Positions 52,075 through 60,825 of a DNA stretch of 64,000 nt are shown here, piece by piece. Both the position numbers and the translations under genes were made by a program. The first letter of the stretch is position 1; each line of letters opens with the position of its first letter. Origin of the DNA: Gaiellaceae bacterium (lineage in GTDB: Bacteria; Actinomycetota; Thermoleophilia; Gaiellales; Gaiellaceae). The notes beneath the pieces are model-generated. The model did no database searches and was not told the origin of the DNA. It saw only the letters and a list, made by a program, of their open reading frames with translations. The stretch is taken from positions 42,964 through 106,963 of the forward strand of contig DAITAO010000001.1 of NCBI GenBank assembly GCA_036824245.1. The letters are read 5' to 3'.

Positions 52075-54078
52075 GTGTCACACGACACCGACAAGCTCAT
52101 CCGGCAGCTCTCACTCGTCGCGTTCCTGATGGCGGAACGCCGGCTGATCACTGCGCGGGACGTGAAGCAGAACGTGGAGGGCTATTCAGAGATGTCGGAC
52201 GAGGCGTTCGCGAGGCGCTTCTATTCCGACCGGGCCGAGCTGCTGGCGCTCGGCGTGCCGCTCGACTCGCAGCGGGACGAGTTCACCGGCGAGGAGCTGT
52301 ACACGCTGCGCTCGGAGCGCTACTTCCTGCCTCCGCTCGAGCTTTCGGACGACGAGCTTGCGGCCCTGCAGACGTGCCTCTATCTGCTGGAGGGCAAGTT
52401 CGCCTACGCGGAGCCGTTACGCCTCGCGCTCCAGAACCTTGCGCTGGGCCGACCGGGCTTCCGCGAGCCTGCCACGGAGACTGCCGTCCGGGTGGAGGTC
52501 TTCGATCCGGACTACTCGCCCGAGATGCCCGGCCGGCTCGCCAAGCTCGAGGCTGCCATCTCCAAGCAGCGCACCGTCAAGTTCTCCTACTGGTCGATAG
52601 CCCGCGACGAGGTTGCCGAGCGGCTGGTCAATCCCTATGCGCTGCTCTCGGACAACGGAGTCTGGTACCTGATCGGCTTCGACCTCGAGCGCGAGGCGAT
52701 ACGCACCTTCCGCGTCTCGCGCATCCGGGGCGACATTCGACTGGCCACGCGGCGAGAGCGCGACTTCCGGCTGCCGGCGGAGTTCGAGGTGGAGGAGTTC
52801 CGCGGACGCCCGCCCTGGCAGATCGGCGACATCGCCGGCGATGCGCGCATCGCAGTGGCCGGTGACACCGCCTGGTGGGTGAAGCGTGTCTTCGGCGATC
52901 GCGGCAAGGTCGTCGACGGCGTCTTCACCACGGAGTACGCAAGCCTTCCGCTCCTGGCGGCCTGGATCCTGCGTCAAGACGGGCGCGCCGTCCCGCTCGA
53001 TCCGCCCGAGCTCGTCCGCGAGGTGCAGGACTCGCTGGCCCGCGTCCGGGAGCGCCACGCCGGCGACCCGCCCGAGCTGAGCCGCGAGGCGAGACCTGTT
53101 GTCGGCGAGCCGGCCGAGCGCCCCGCCGGGCCGGTGGCTCCCGAGCGCTTCGGTGTGCTGCAGGCGCTCCTCGCGTATCTGCTCGACCGCTGCGGCGACC
53201 GCACGTCGGCCGACATCCCCGCCGCCGAGCTGGTCGAGCGCTTCCATATCCCGCACGAGGCCCTCGAGGAGCACCTCTCACTGCTCAACCTCGTGAACTT
53301 CGGCGGCGGCTGCTACGCCGTCTACGCGCAGCTGGACGGCGAGACCGTGCACGTCGAGAAGGAGCTTTTCGGCGACACGTTCAGGTCGCCTCCACGGCTC
53401 ACGCCCCTCGAGGCTCGTGCGATCCGGCTGGCGCTCGAGTTCGTGGGGCCGATGATCGCGGCCGACGCACACACACCGCTCGATCGCGTGCGGCGCAAGC
53501 TCGAGGAGACATTCGGCGAGTTCGAGCTTGCGCAGACGCCGGAACCGCACGGCAGCGCCGCCGAGGAAGGGCTCCTCTCCACGCTCACGACCGGGATACG
53601 CGACCGTCGCCTGGTCGAGCTCGAGTATCTGAAGGGCGGCGAGGAGACGCCGTCTCAGCGGGTGGTCGAGCCGTATGCGATCGAGCGCCGTCTGCCCTTC
53701 TGGTACGTCCACACGTGGGATACGACGAGCGGCGGCGAGCGCAGCTTCCGGCTCGACCGGATGCGTCGTGCGAGGCTGTCGCGCAAGCACTTCGAGCCGC
53801 GCGAGGGCTTCGAGCCACAGGGGCTACGCGACGCGCGCCGGGCGCGCATCTGGTACTCGCCCGCGGTGGCCCGCTGGAAGATCGAGCGCGGGGCACGGGC
53901 GCTCGTGGACGGTTCTGCGGTGGCGGAGCCCGCCGTCGGGAGCCCGGAGTGGCTGGTGGGCGAGATCCTCTCCGACCGCGGCGAGGCAGTCGTGCTCGAG
54001 CCGGGTGACCTGCGGCGGCAGATTGCGAAGCGGGCCGCGGCGCTCGCCAAGGAACTGAAGGTCGCCGCGCCGGCCTAG
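52075..54078 (+). CDS. pafBC: fused PafB-PafC-type WYL-domain transcriptional regulator
   Basis: Two tandem HTH-WYL-WCX halves in one ORF. The first has LIRQLSLVAFL..., VKFSYWS...NPYALLSDNGVWYLIGFD...RTFRVSRI. The second has VLQALLAYLL..., VELEYLKG...VEPYAIERRLPFWYVHTWD...RSFRLDRM. The start is GTG at 52075 or the listed 52030. Confidence 0.8.
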   Translation: MSHDTDKLIRQLSLVAFLMAERRLITARDVKQNVEGYSEMSDEAFARRFYSDRAELLALGVPLDSQRDEFTGEELYTLRSERYFLPPLELSDDELAALQTCLYLLEGKFAYAEPLRLALQNLALGRPGFREPATETAVRVEVFDPDYSPEMPGRLAKLEAAISKQRTVKFSYWSIARDEVAERLVNPYALLSDNGVWYLIGFDLEREAIRTFRVSRIRGDIRLATRRERDFRLPAEFEVEEFRGRPPWQIGDIAGDARIAVAGDTAWWVKRVFGDRGKVVDGVFTTEYASLPLLAAWILRQDGRAVPLDPPELVREVQDSLARVRERHAGDPPELSREARPVVGEPAERPAGPVAPERFGVLQALLAYLLDRCGDRTSADIPAAELVERFHIPHEALEEHLSLLNLVNFGGGCYAVYAQLDGETVHVEKELFGDTFRSPPRLTPLEARAIRLALEFVGPMIAADAHTPLDRVRRKLEETFGEFELAQTPEPHGSAAEEGLLSTLTTGIRDRRLVELEYLKGGEETPSQRVVEPYAIERRLPFWYVHTWDTTSGGERSFRLDRMRRARLSRKHFEPREGFEPQGLRDARRARIWYSPAVARWKIERGARALVDGSAVAEPAVGSPEWLVGEILSDRGEAVVLEPGDLRRQIAKRAAALAKELKVAAPA

Positions 54079-55094
54079 GGACCAGCCAGGCGATCAACCG
54101 CCCACGAAGCGGCTTCCGCGATCACCGAATCGGGATCACCGGCCAGGCGCTCCGCGTGGTGGCGCTGCTCTGGGCGACCGTTGTTGCCGAGTGCCACAAG
54201 CGCATTGCGCGTGAGATAGCGGCCCTCGTTGCGCGGCACGAATAGGCGGTCATAGCGGCGCGCGAGCTCGGCCGGGTCGGCTTCGAGCCAGTCGACGAGC
54301 GACACGGTCGGCTCGGCACCGGCAGGGAGCGGCTCCCCGGCGCGGCGCTTCTCGATGCCGCGGTTCCACGGGCAGACGTCCTGGCAGATATCGCAGCCGT
54401 ACACCTGGGCACCGAGCTCGGAGCGGTACTCCTCGGGCATCGCGCTCGATGACTGCGTCCAGTAGGAGAGGCACTTGGTGGCATCGAGCGTCCCGGGCTC
54501 GTCGAGCGCTCCGGTCGGGCAAGCGTCGATGCAGAGCGTGCACGTGCCGCAGTCGAGCTGCAGCCGTGGAGTTGCCTCCACCAGGACGTCGGTGACGAGC
54601 GTGCCGAGCACGACCCACGAGCCGTAGCGGCGGGTAATCAGCATCGTGTTCTTTCCGTAGAAGCCGACTCCGGAGCGCGCTGCGCCCTCGCGGTCGACGT
54701 GTTGGTTCGCGTCGACGAGCACGCGGTATGCGCCGCCGAGGCGGCGGCCGAGCGCGTCGAGCTTCTCACGCAGCTCGCCGTAGGCGTCGTACCACGTATA
54801 GCGCGGGAGACGGCCCTCCCCCGGTCCGGGCTCCCGACCGCTCGCGTAGTAGCAGAGCGCGGCGGACACCACCGTGCGCGCCCCCGGGAGCAGCGTCTCG
54901 GGGTGACACGAGACCTCCGGATGGGCCATCGTGAAGCGCATGTCGGCGAAGAGCCCACGCGCACGCCGCTCGTGAATGTGCCGCTCGGTGTCCTGGTAGG
55001 GCTCGGCGGGTGCCGCGCCGATGACGTCGATGCCGAGCTCCTCAGCGAGCCGCTCGAGCTCGGCGGGGGTCACACGGGTGTCCTGTACAGACAT
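54075..55094 (-). CDS. queG: epoxyqueuosine reductase
   Basis: From MSVQDTRV (ATG at 55094, GAAGGA SD). Ferredoxin motifs CGTCTLCIDACP and CDICQDVCPWN. Has GFYGKNTMLI. Confidence 0.9.
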   Translation of the reverse strand: MSVQDTRVTPAELERLAEELGIDVIGAAPAEPYQDTERHIHERRARGLFADMRFTMAHPEVSCHPETLLPGARTVVSAALCYYASGREPGPGEGRLPRYTWYDAYGELREKLDALGRRLGGAYRVLVDANQHVDREGAARSGVGFYGKNTMLITRRYGSWVVLGTLVTDVLVEATPRLQLDCGTCTLCIDACPTGALDEPGTLDATKCLSYWTQSSSAMPEEYRSELGAQVYGCDICQDVCPWNRGIEKRRAGEPLPAGAEPTVSLVDWLEADPAELARRYDRLFVPRNEGRYLTRNALVALGNNGRPEQRHHAERLAGDPDSVIAEAASWAVDRLAGP

Positions 55095-55207
55095 GTCCTT
55101 CGGTCTGGGGCCGGCCGCGGGCCTCCCTCCGATTCCACGGTAGCGGGGAAATGCGCACATGTGGGAGACGATTTCGAGGCGGAAGCGTGACGAATCGTCC
55201 GCAGCCT
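55092..55207. repeat. dispersed repeat family 1, copy C (covers the queG leader and start codon)
   Basis: See copy A. Similarity runs from the catgtcc block (complement of the queG GGACATG) through the core to cgcagcct. Confidence 0.7.
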
Positions 55208-55220
55208 ACGATCCGCACCC

Positions 55221-56210
55221 GTGAAGGCGATCCGCATCCACGAGGACGGTGGCCCCGAGGTGCTCCGCTACGAGGACGCTCCAGACCCACGTCCGGCGGC
55301 GGGTGAGGTGCTCGTTCGTCTGCGCGCCGCCTCGCTCAACCGACTCGACATCTGGGTGCGCCGGGGCCTGCCGTCAGTACCGAAGCCCCGCATCCTGGGC
55401 GCGGACGGCGCCGGCACGGTCGAGGAGGCGGGAGAAGGGGTCGACGGGCTCGGGGCCGGCCAGAGGGTGGTGATCAACCCTGGGCTCGAGCACGGCTCGC
55501 GGATCTCCGTGATCGGCGAGCACACGGACGGGACGCATGCCGAGCTGATCGCCGTTCCCGCGACGAACGTCTACCCGCTGGTTGACGGCCTCGGCTTCGA
55601 GGAGGCGGCTGCGTTTCCGCTCGTGTTCGAGACCGTCCATCGCATGCTCGTGCGGAAGGCGCAGCTCGCCGAGGGCGAGTGGGTGCTGGTCTGGGGCGTG
55701 GGCAGCGGCATCGGGTCGGCCGCCCTGACGATCGCCAAAGCGCTGGGCGCGCGCGTCCTCGCCACGTCGTCGAGCGACGAGAAACTGGCGCGTGGACGCG
55801 AGCTAGGCGCCGACGAGACCGTCAACCACGCCTCAGGCGACGTCGCCGCCGAGGCGAAGCGAGTCACGGACGGCCGCGGCGTCGACGTCGTCGTCGAGCA
55901 CGTGGGCGAGGCGACCTGGCAGACCTCGCTCCAGGCGGCGCGCCAGGAGGGTCGAATCGTCGTCTGCGGTGCGACCACCGGCCCGAACCCGCCCGCCGCG
56001 CTCCACCGCATCTGGTGGAAGCAGCTCGTCGTGTACGGATCGACGATGGGTACTCCCGCTGACTTCGAGGCGGCTTACCACCTCGTGGCGACGGGCCGGG
56101 CCCGGCCGGTCGTGGACAGCGTCTTCCCGCTCGCGGAGGCACGCGCCGCCCACGAGCGCATGGAGAGCGGCGAGCACTTCGGCAAGATCGTGCTGCAAAT
56201 CCTGGAGTGA
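55221..56210 (+). CDS. zinc-type/MDR NAD(P)H-dependent oxidoreductase (quinone reductase-like)
   Basis: 329 aa. Has EVLVRLRAASLNRLD, LGADGAGTV and the Rossmann motif VWGVGSGIGSAA. GTG start. Confidence 0.88.
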   Translation: MKAIRIHEDGGPEVLRYEDAPDPRPAAGEVLVRLRAASLNRLDIWVRRGLPSVPKPRILGADGAGTVEEAGEGVDGLGAGQRVVINPGLEHGSRISVIGEHTDGTHAELIAVPATNVYPLVDGLGFEEAAAFPLVFETVHRMLVRKAQLAEGEWVLVWGVGSGIGSAALTIAKALGARVLATSSSDEKLARGRELGADETVNHASGDVAAEAKRVTDGRGVDVVVEHVGEATWQTSLQAARQEGRIVVCGATTGPNPPAALHRIWWKQLVVYGSTMGTPADFEAAYHLVATGRARPVVDSVFPLAEARAAHERMESGEHFGKIVLQILE

Positions 56211-56295
56211 GCAGCGCGCGGCTCGCCTGCCGTCGGCTGAGACGACCCCGCCCGTGCGATTTCCCACGAGCGGGCGCTGTCCGGCGAATAGGACA

Positions 56296-56394
56296 GTCGG
56301 CGGAGCCGGGCTCAGCCCGGCGCAGCCACACCGCGGCCGCGGCGCGTCATTCTCTGAAGAAGGGGGTCAACGGGGGAAACATGGTTTCCCCCGT
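56296..56394 (+). repeat. dispersed repeat family 2, short variant ending in a hairpin at the DUF59 gene 3' end
   Basis: gtcggcggagccgggctcagcccggc ... gggggtcaACGGGGGAAAC-ATG-GTTTCCCCCGT. The 11-bp hairpin (56370-56394) begins 5 nt after the minus-strand DUF59 stop. Confidence 0.6.
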
Positions 56395-56398
56395 TCTT

Positions 56399-56698
56399 TC
56401 AGCCGAAGCCGAGGATGAACTTGGCGTCTTCGGACATGCGCTCGGGCGTCCAGGGCGGATCCCAGGTGAGCTCGATGTCGACGCGCTCGACGCCCGGCAC
56501 GGAGGCAGCCGCTTCGTGGAGGCCTTCCTGGATCATCGGGCCTGCAGGGCAGCCCATCGACGTCAGCGAGTGGATGACCTTGACGCTCGAGTTCTCGACC
56601 TCGACGTCGTAGACGAGCCCCAGCTCGACCACGTCCATGCCCAGCTCGGGGTCTTCGACCGTGCGCAGCGCCTCGAAGACCTCTTCCTTGGTCGCCAT
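56399..56698 (-). CDS. DUF59/SufT-like Fe-S assembly protein
   Basis: 99 aa. Has VEDPELGMDVVELGLVY, LTSMGCPAGPMI and WDPPWTPERMSEDAK. Confidence 0.85.
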   Translation of the reverse strand: MATKEEVFEALRTVEDPELGMDVVELGLVYDVEVENSSVKVIHSLTSMGCPAGPMIQEGLHEAAASVPGVERVDIELTWDPPWTPERMSEDAKFILGFG

Positions 56699-56752
56699 GC
56701 GGTCAGCGTACCTGTGTGCCGCTGCCCGTGAGGGTCAGCCTGGCTCGCTCGG

Positions 56753-57763
56753 CTAGAACCCCGGGAGACGGACTTCCTCGCGGCGTTCGCGCGCGAAGAA
56801 GTGGACGCCGTCGACGAAGCGCACCCAGCTGCACCTCGTGCACATGACCAGCGTGTGCGTGAGGGCGCTGTCCGCGTGGTAGCGCACGCCGCGCAGCAGA
56901 TCCCCGTTCGACACGCCCGTCGCGGCCACGATCACCTCGCTGGGGGCCAGGTCGTCGATGGTGAAGACCCGCTCGATGTCGTCGATCCCCTGCGCCTCGG
57001 CCTCCTCGATCTGACGGCGCGACGTTGGCCACAGCTGCGCCTGCAGCTCGCCTCCCAGACAGCGCAGCGCCGCCGCCGCCAGGACGGCCTGGCGCGTGCC
57101 GCCGATGCCGATCGCCAGGTGATCGTTGGTGCCGCGGATAGCCGCCGAGACCGAAGCGGTGACGTCGCCGTCGGCAATCAGCTTGATGCGGGCGCCTGCC
57201 TGGCGGATCTCCTCGATCAGGTCGTGATGGCGAGCCCTGTCGAGGACAATCGTGGTGATGTCTTCGGGGCGCCGCCCGAATGCATCGGCAATTGCGCGGA
57301 TGTTGTCACCGACCGGCGCGAGCAGATCGATGCGGCCGCGTGCGCGGGGGCCGACGGACATTTTGCGCATGTACATGTCGGGCAGTGTCTGGAGGGATCC
57401 ACGCGGGCCGACGGCGATCATCGACATCGCTCCGCTCGCCCCGCGCGCGACGATGCCGCTGCCCTCGATCGGGTCGACGGCCAGATCGACCGCTTCGCCG
57501 CCGGCGCCGACCTGCCGGCCCGGTGCGAGCTCCTCGGGCCCCTCGGCGGCTCCGATCACGACCTGCCCGTCGATCGGCTGGATCTGGAGCGCCTCCCACA
57601 TTGCACGCGCGGCGGTGGCGGCGGCCGCCTCATCGTCGGCTCGCCCCAGCCACCGGGCGCCGGCGAGTGCCGCGCGCTCGGTCACGCGTGCGTACGTCTC
57701 GCAGCCGCACGCGCGCTCCTGCCCCACCTCGGTGGGCGTCGTCTCGGGCACCGTCTGCGTCAC
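56753..57763 (-). CDS. glpX: class II fructose-1,6-bisphosphatase
   Basis: 336 aa. Has DLAVDPIEGS, IADGDV, GIGGTRQAV and ATGVSNGDLLRGV. Confidence 0.9.
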   Translation of the reverse strand: MTQTVPETTPTEVGQERACGCETYARVTERAALAGARWLGRADDEAAAATAARAMWEALQIQPIDGQVVIGAAEGPEELAPGRQVGAGGEAVDLAVDPIEGSGIVARGASGAMSMIAVGPRGSLQTLPDMYMRKMSVGPRARGRIDLLAPVGDNIRAIADAFGRRPEDITTIVLDRARHHDLIEEIRQAGARIKLIADGDVTASVSAAIRGTNDHLAIGIGGTRQAVLAAAALRCLGGELQAQLWPTSRRQIEEAEAQGIDDIERVFTIDDLAPSEVIVAATGVSNGDLLRGVRYHADSALTHTLVMCTRCSWVRFVDGVHFFARERREEVRLPGF

Positions 57764-58665
57764 GACACCGTTTGTACTCGTTGCGCAGCGTCCAACACAA
57801 GCTCCATTACAGCTGCGACAGCAGCTTCCACGCCGGTGTTGACGATCACCGGCACGTCGCTGCGCCGGGCGCGCTCGAGGATGTAGCCCTGGAGGGCCCT
57901 GATGTTCGTGAAGTGCGAGACGTACTTCTCGAGCGGACGTAGGCCCTGGGACGCCGCATCACGGATGTAGAAGTGACCGAGGTGCTCGTCCTCGTCCTGG
58001 ATCGAGATCACGCACTGCACGACGAGCGGGCCCTCGATGGGCGGCAGCATCCCCGGCACGAGATGGACGCCCTCGATCACCATCGACCAGCCCTCCTGCA
58101 GCGCCCGGTCGATGGCCGCCCGCACGCCGACCAGCACGTTGCGTGTCTGATCGAGGAAGCCTGGCAGCATCCCCTCGGGGACATCGTCCTGATCAACCGC
58201 AACACGCGCCTCGAAACTGGAATCGTGGACCGACGGCATGAATTCGCGGGTGAAGAAGGCCCGCATCGTCTGGCGGATGAAATCCGTCGACGTCACCCGC
58301 GTGATGCCGAGCCGGTACGCGGCCTCCGTGGCGACTGTCGACTTGCCCGTGCCGGTGGCGCCGCCGACGAGCAGGATGATCGGAACGTCGAGCTGCTGGA
58401 GGTTGCCGTAGCGCCGCAGCCTGCTCGCAACCCGGCCTCCCTCATCGGCGCCCAGCACCTCGACCGCCAGCTCCTCGACACGGTCCAGCGAGACCGGCCC
58501 GCCGCCCTGGTTGGTCAGGTCGACCTCGATACGGCGTGCAAGCTCGTAGGCGCGATCGGGGGCGAGACCGGTGGCCATCATGGCCCGGGCCATCAGGCCC
58601 TTGGAATACGGCGGGCCTTCGTCCCCGCCGAGCGGCAGCGGATCAAGTCGCCGCGGCTCGCTCAT
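57760..58665 (-). CDS. 2-phosphoglycerate kinase family protein
   Basis: 301 aa. Has PYSKGLMARAMMATGLAPDRAYELARRIE, the P-loop LVGGATGTGKSTVA, TSTDFIRQTMR and MVIEGVHLVPG. 4-nt overlaps with both neighbours. Confidence 0.75.
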   Translation of the reverse strand: MSEPRRLDPLPLGGDEGPPYSKGLMARAMMATGLAPDRAYELARRIEVDLTNQGGGPVSLDRVEELAVEVLGADEGGRVASRLRRYGNLQQLDVPIILLVGGATGTGKSTVATEAAYRLGITRVTSTDFIRQTMRAFFTREFMPSVHDSSFEARVAVDQDDVPEGMLPGFLDQTRNVLVGVRAAIDRALQEGWSMVIEGVHLVPGMLPPIEGPLVVQCVISIQDEDEHLGHFYIRDAASQGLRPLEKYVSHFTNIRALQGYILERARRSDVPVIVNTGVEAAVAAVMELVLDAAQRVQTVS

Positions 58666-59927
58666 CGGCCGTAGCTCGGCTCATGCGTGTCAGTGAGTGC
58701 GCGCAGATGCTCGTCCAGGTCCGGCTCGCCGGGCAGAGGGCGCAGCTCGCTGTCTGCGAGTACGAGCTCGGCTCCGCGCTTCACTGCGGTCTCGGCCACC
58801 ACGTCGATCGCGGCAGCCTTCAGCTCGACGAGGAAGACATCCGCATCGACTCGCTCGAGGTCCTGCCGCAGCTCCTCGCGCCGCGCGAGGTTGCCCGAGA
58901 CGGTCACCTCGGCGGCGCCGAATTCGCTGCGCAGGTGCTCGACGAGGAGGGGGTGTGTGTCGGGAGGTGCGGTCACGAAGTAGGCGACGCGCCGTCCCGT
59001 CACCGTACGGAGCGGGCGCGGCCGCAGGGCCACCGCAACGACCGGCAGCTCTTTCACGGCCAGGATCTCGCTCCGGACATCCTCGTATGCGTTGTCCTGC
59101 TCGCTCATCGTCAGCACGACGAGGTCGGAGACGAGGATGCGGTAAGCGTTCAGGAATCCGGCCGCCAGCTCCGGCGGCTGGTGGGCCGGCACGACGAGCA
59201 CCCGGGCGTCGGCGGCCACGGGCGGTAGCGCCGCGCCGCTGCCGTCCAGCACGAGGAGGGCGGGGCTACGCTCGCGGGCGAGCTCGAGGCCCGCAGGCAC
59301 GTTCGAGATCGACGTGGCTCCCGCCAGCCCACCACCGCAGCGGCGGCAGCCGATCGTCGGCACGCCGGTCAGCGCCGCGGTCTCCAGGTAGTCCGATGCA
59401 GCATGATGCCCCGCTCGCGAGCGTTCGAGCAGATCCTCGAGCGTCGGTGGATGCTCCACGAGCTCCGGCTCGGGTGGCCCTCCTCGCCCCATGGCGAGCA
59501 CCAGCACGTCCCTGTCTCGCGCCAGAAGCCTGGCGACGTGCCCTGTCACGGCGGTCTTACCGACGCGCTTGCCCGTTCCGATCACCGCCAGAGTCGGCAG
59601 CTGCACCTCCTCGAAGCCCGGTGGCTCCAGGTAGAAATCCGGTCCGGCATACGGAAGCCCGAGTGCGAGCACGCGGCTCGCCATGCGGAAGCGCTCGCGC
59701 GGGCCGAGCACCGGCTCGTCGGAGAGGTCGACAACCACCTCGGGCTCGTGCTCGGCGATCCCGGCCTCGAGGTCGGGGACGAGCCTGACACCGTAATCGT
59801 CGTCGCCGCGCAGCTTCTCGCTGCCGCCCGCCAGGTAGGCGGCCACGACCTCGTATGAGAGGGCGCGGAGCGCGTCCCGCACGACGGGCGGGTAGTGCTC
59901 CCCGTCGATTACTGCCAGGGCTTTCAT
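58662..59927 (-). CDS. cyclic 2,3-diphosphoglycerate synthetase-like P-loop protein
   Basis: 421 aa. N-terminus MKALAVIDGEHYPPVV and the P-loop VIGTGKRVGKTAV. Size and pairing with 2PGK match my recollection of the archaeal CpgS family. Not verified by search. Confidence 0.65.
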   Translation of the reverse strand: MKALAVIDGEHYPPVVRDALRALSYEVVAAYLAGGSEKLRGDDDYGVRLVPDLEAGIAEHEPEVVVDLSDEPVLGPRERFRMASRVLALGLPYAGPDFYLEPPGFEEVQLPTLAVIGTGKRVGKTAVTGHVARLLARDRDVLVLAMGRGGPPEPELVEHPPTLEDLLERSRAGHHAASDYLETAALTGVPTIGCRRCGGGLAGATSISNVPAGLELARERSPALLVLDGSGAALPPVAADARVLVVPAHQPPELAAGFLNAYRILVSDLVVLTMSEQDNAYEDVRSEILAVKELPVVAVALRPRPLRTVTGRRVAYFVTAPPDTHPLLVEHLRSEFGAAEVTVSGNLARREELRQDLERVDADVFLVELKAAAIDVVAETAVKRGAELVLADSELRPLPGEPDLDEHLRALTDTHEPSYGR

Positions 59928-59970
59928 TCAGGCTCCCGGCCGGAAAATGCGCAGCATTTTCCGGGAGCCA

Positions 59971-60774
59971 TCAGCGAGTCGTGACCTCGTCCTCGATGCG
60001 GTCGGTGTATTTCTCGAAGGCGCGGGTCTCGGTGGAGAACTGGATGATGCGCTCCTGGCCGTGGAACGGGTACTTGCGCCAGACGTCGACATGCTTGTCG
60101 ACGATCTCGATGAGGTTGTAACAGGGCCGTGTGTTACCGCGCAGTCGCGTCGACGAAACCGTGCCGGTGTTGACGACGAAGAGGTTCTCGAGGCGCCAGG
60201 CATACGGGACGTGCTTGTGGCCGCTGAGCACCATGTCGACCCCTGCGCGCTGGAGGCACTCGATCGCGTCGCCCGCATCGTTGACGATGTTTCGCTCGCG
60301 CCCGGTCCCCGGCACGGGCAGCAGATGGTGGTGCATTACGAAGATGTTGACCCCCGAAGGCTCGGCGAACTGCTGCTCGATCCACGAGTAGCGCCCCCGG
60401 CCGATCTGGCCTTCGTCCAGGTCGGGTTGCGTCGAGTCGACGGCGACGACCGTGATGCCGTTCAGGCGCAGCACCGAGTTGCGATCGCCGAACAGCTGCT
60501 CGAAGTGGAGGTAGCCGACGTTCCGTGAGTCGTGGTTGCCCGGGATGATCACAAACGACTCGCACTGGATCCTGTCGAGGTACGACTTGGCCTCGAGATA
60601 CTCCTGCCGGAAGCCGAAGGTCGTGAGATCGCCCGTGCAGATGACGATGTCGGGCTCCATCTCGTTGATCTCGCCAATCGCCCGATCCATGAGGCTGGGC
60701 ACGAAATGCGCTCCACCACAGTGGATGTCTGAGATGTGGGCGATCAGAAACGCATTGTTCTCCGCCATCCACAC
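59971..60774 (-). CDS. calcineurin-like metallophosphoesterase
   Basis: 267 aa. Has ISDIHCG, CTGDLT, GNHD, VMHHH and GHKH. Its composition looks less GC/Arg-biased than its neighbours by eye. Confidence 0.85.
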   Translation of the reverse strand: MWMAENNAFLIAHISDIHCGGAHFVPSLMDRAIGEINEMEPDIVICTGDLTTFGFRQEYLEAKSYLDRIQCESFVIIPGNHDSRNVGYLHFEQLFGDRNSVLRLNGITVVAVDSTQPDLDEGQIGRGRYSWIEQQFAEPSGVNIFVMHHHLLPVPGTGRERNIVNDAGDAIECLQRAGVDMVLSGHKHVPYAWRLENLFVVNTGTVSSTRLRGNTRPCYNLIEIVDKHVDVWRKYPFHGQERIIQFSTETRAFEKYTDRIEDEVTTR

Positions 60775-60825
60775 AAGTCTAGAGCGCGCGCATGACGCTC
60801 ATCCGACGGCGCTGCTAGCCTTCCG

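Noticed and set aside
55092-55207. A cobalamin or preQ1 riboswitch in the queG leader. QueG is B12-dependent and belongs to the queuosine pathway, and the GGGAGAC segment vaguely recalls a B12 box.
   Set aside because: The same sequence recurs at two loci unrelated to queuosine or B12. It lacks the other conserved cobalamin-aptamer blocks I can recall, and there is no A-rich preQ1-type tail. It is treated as a dispersed repeat instead.
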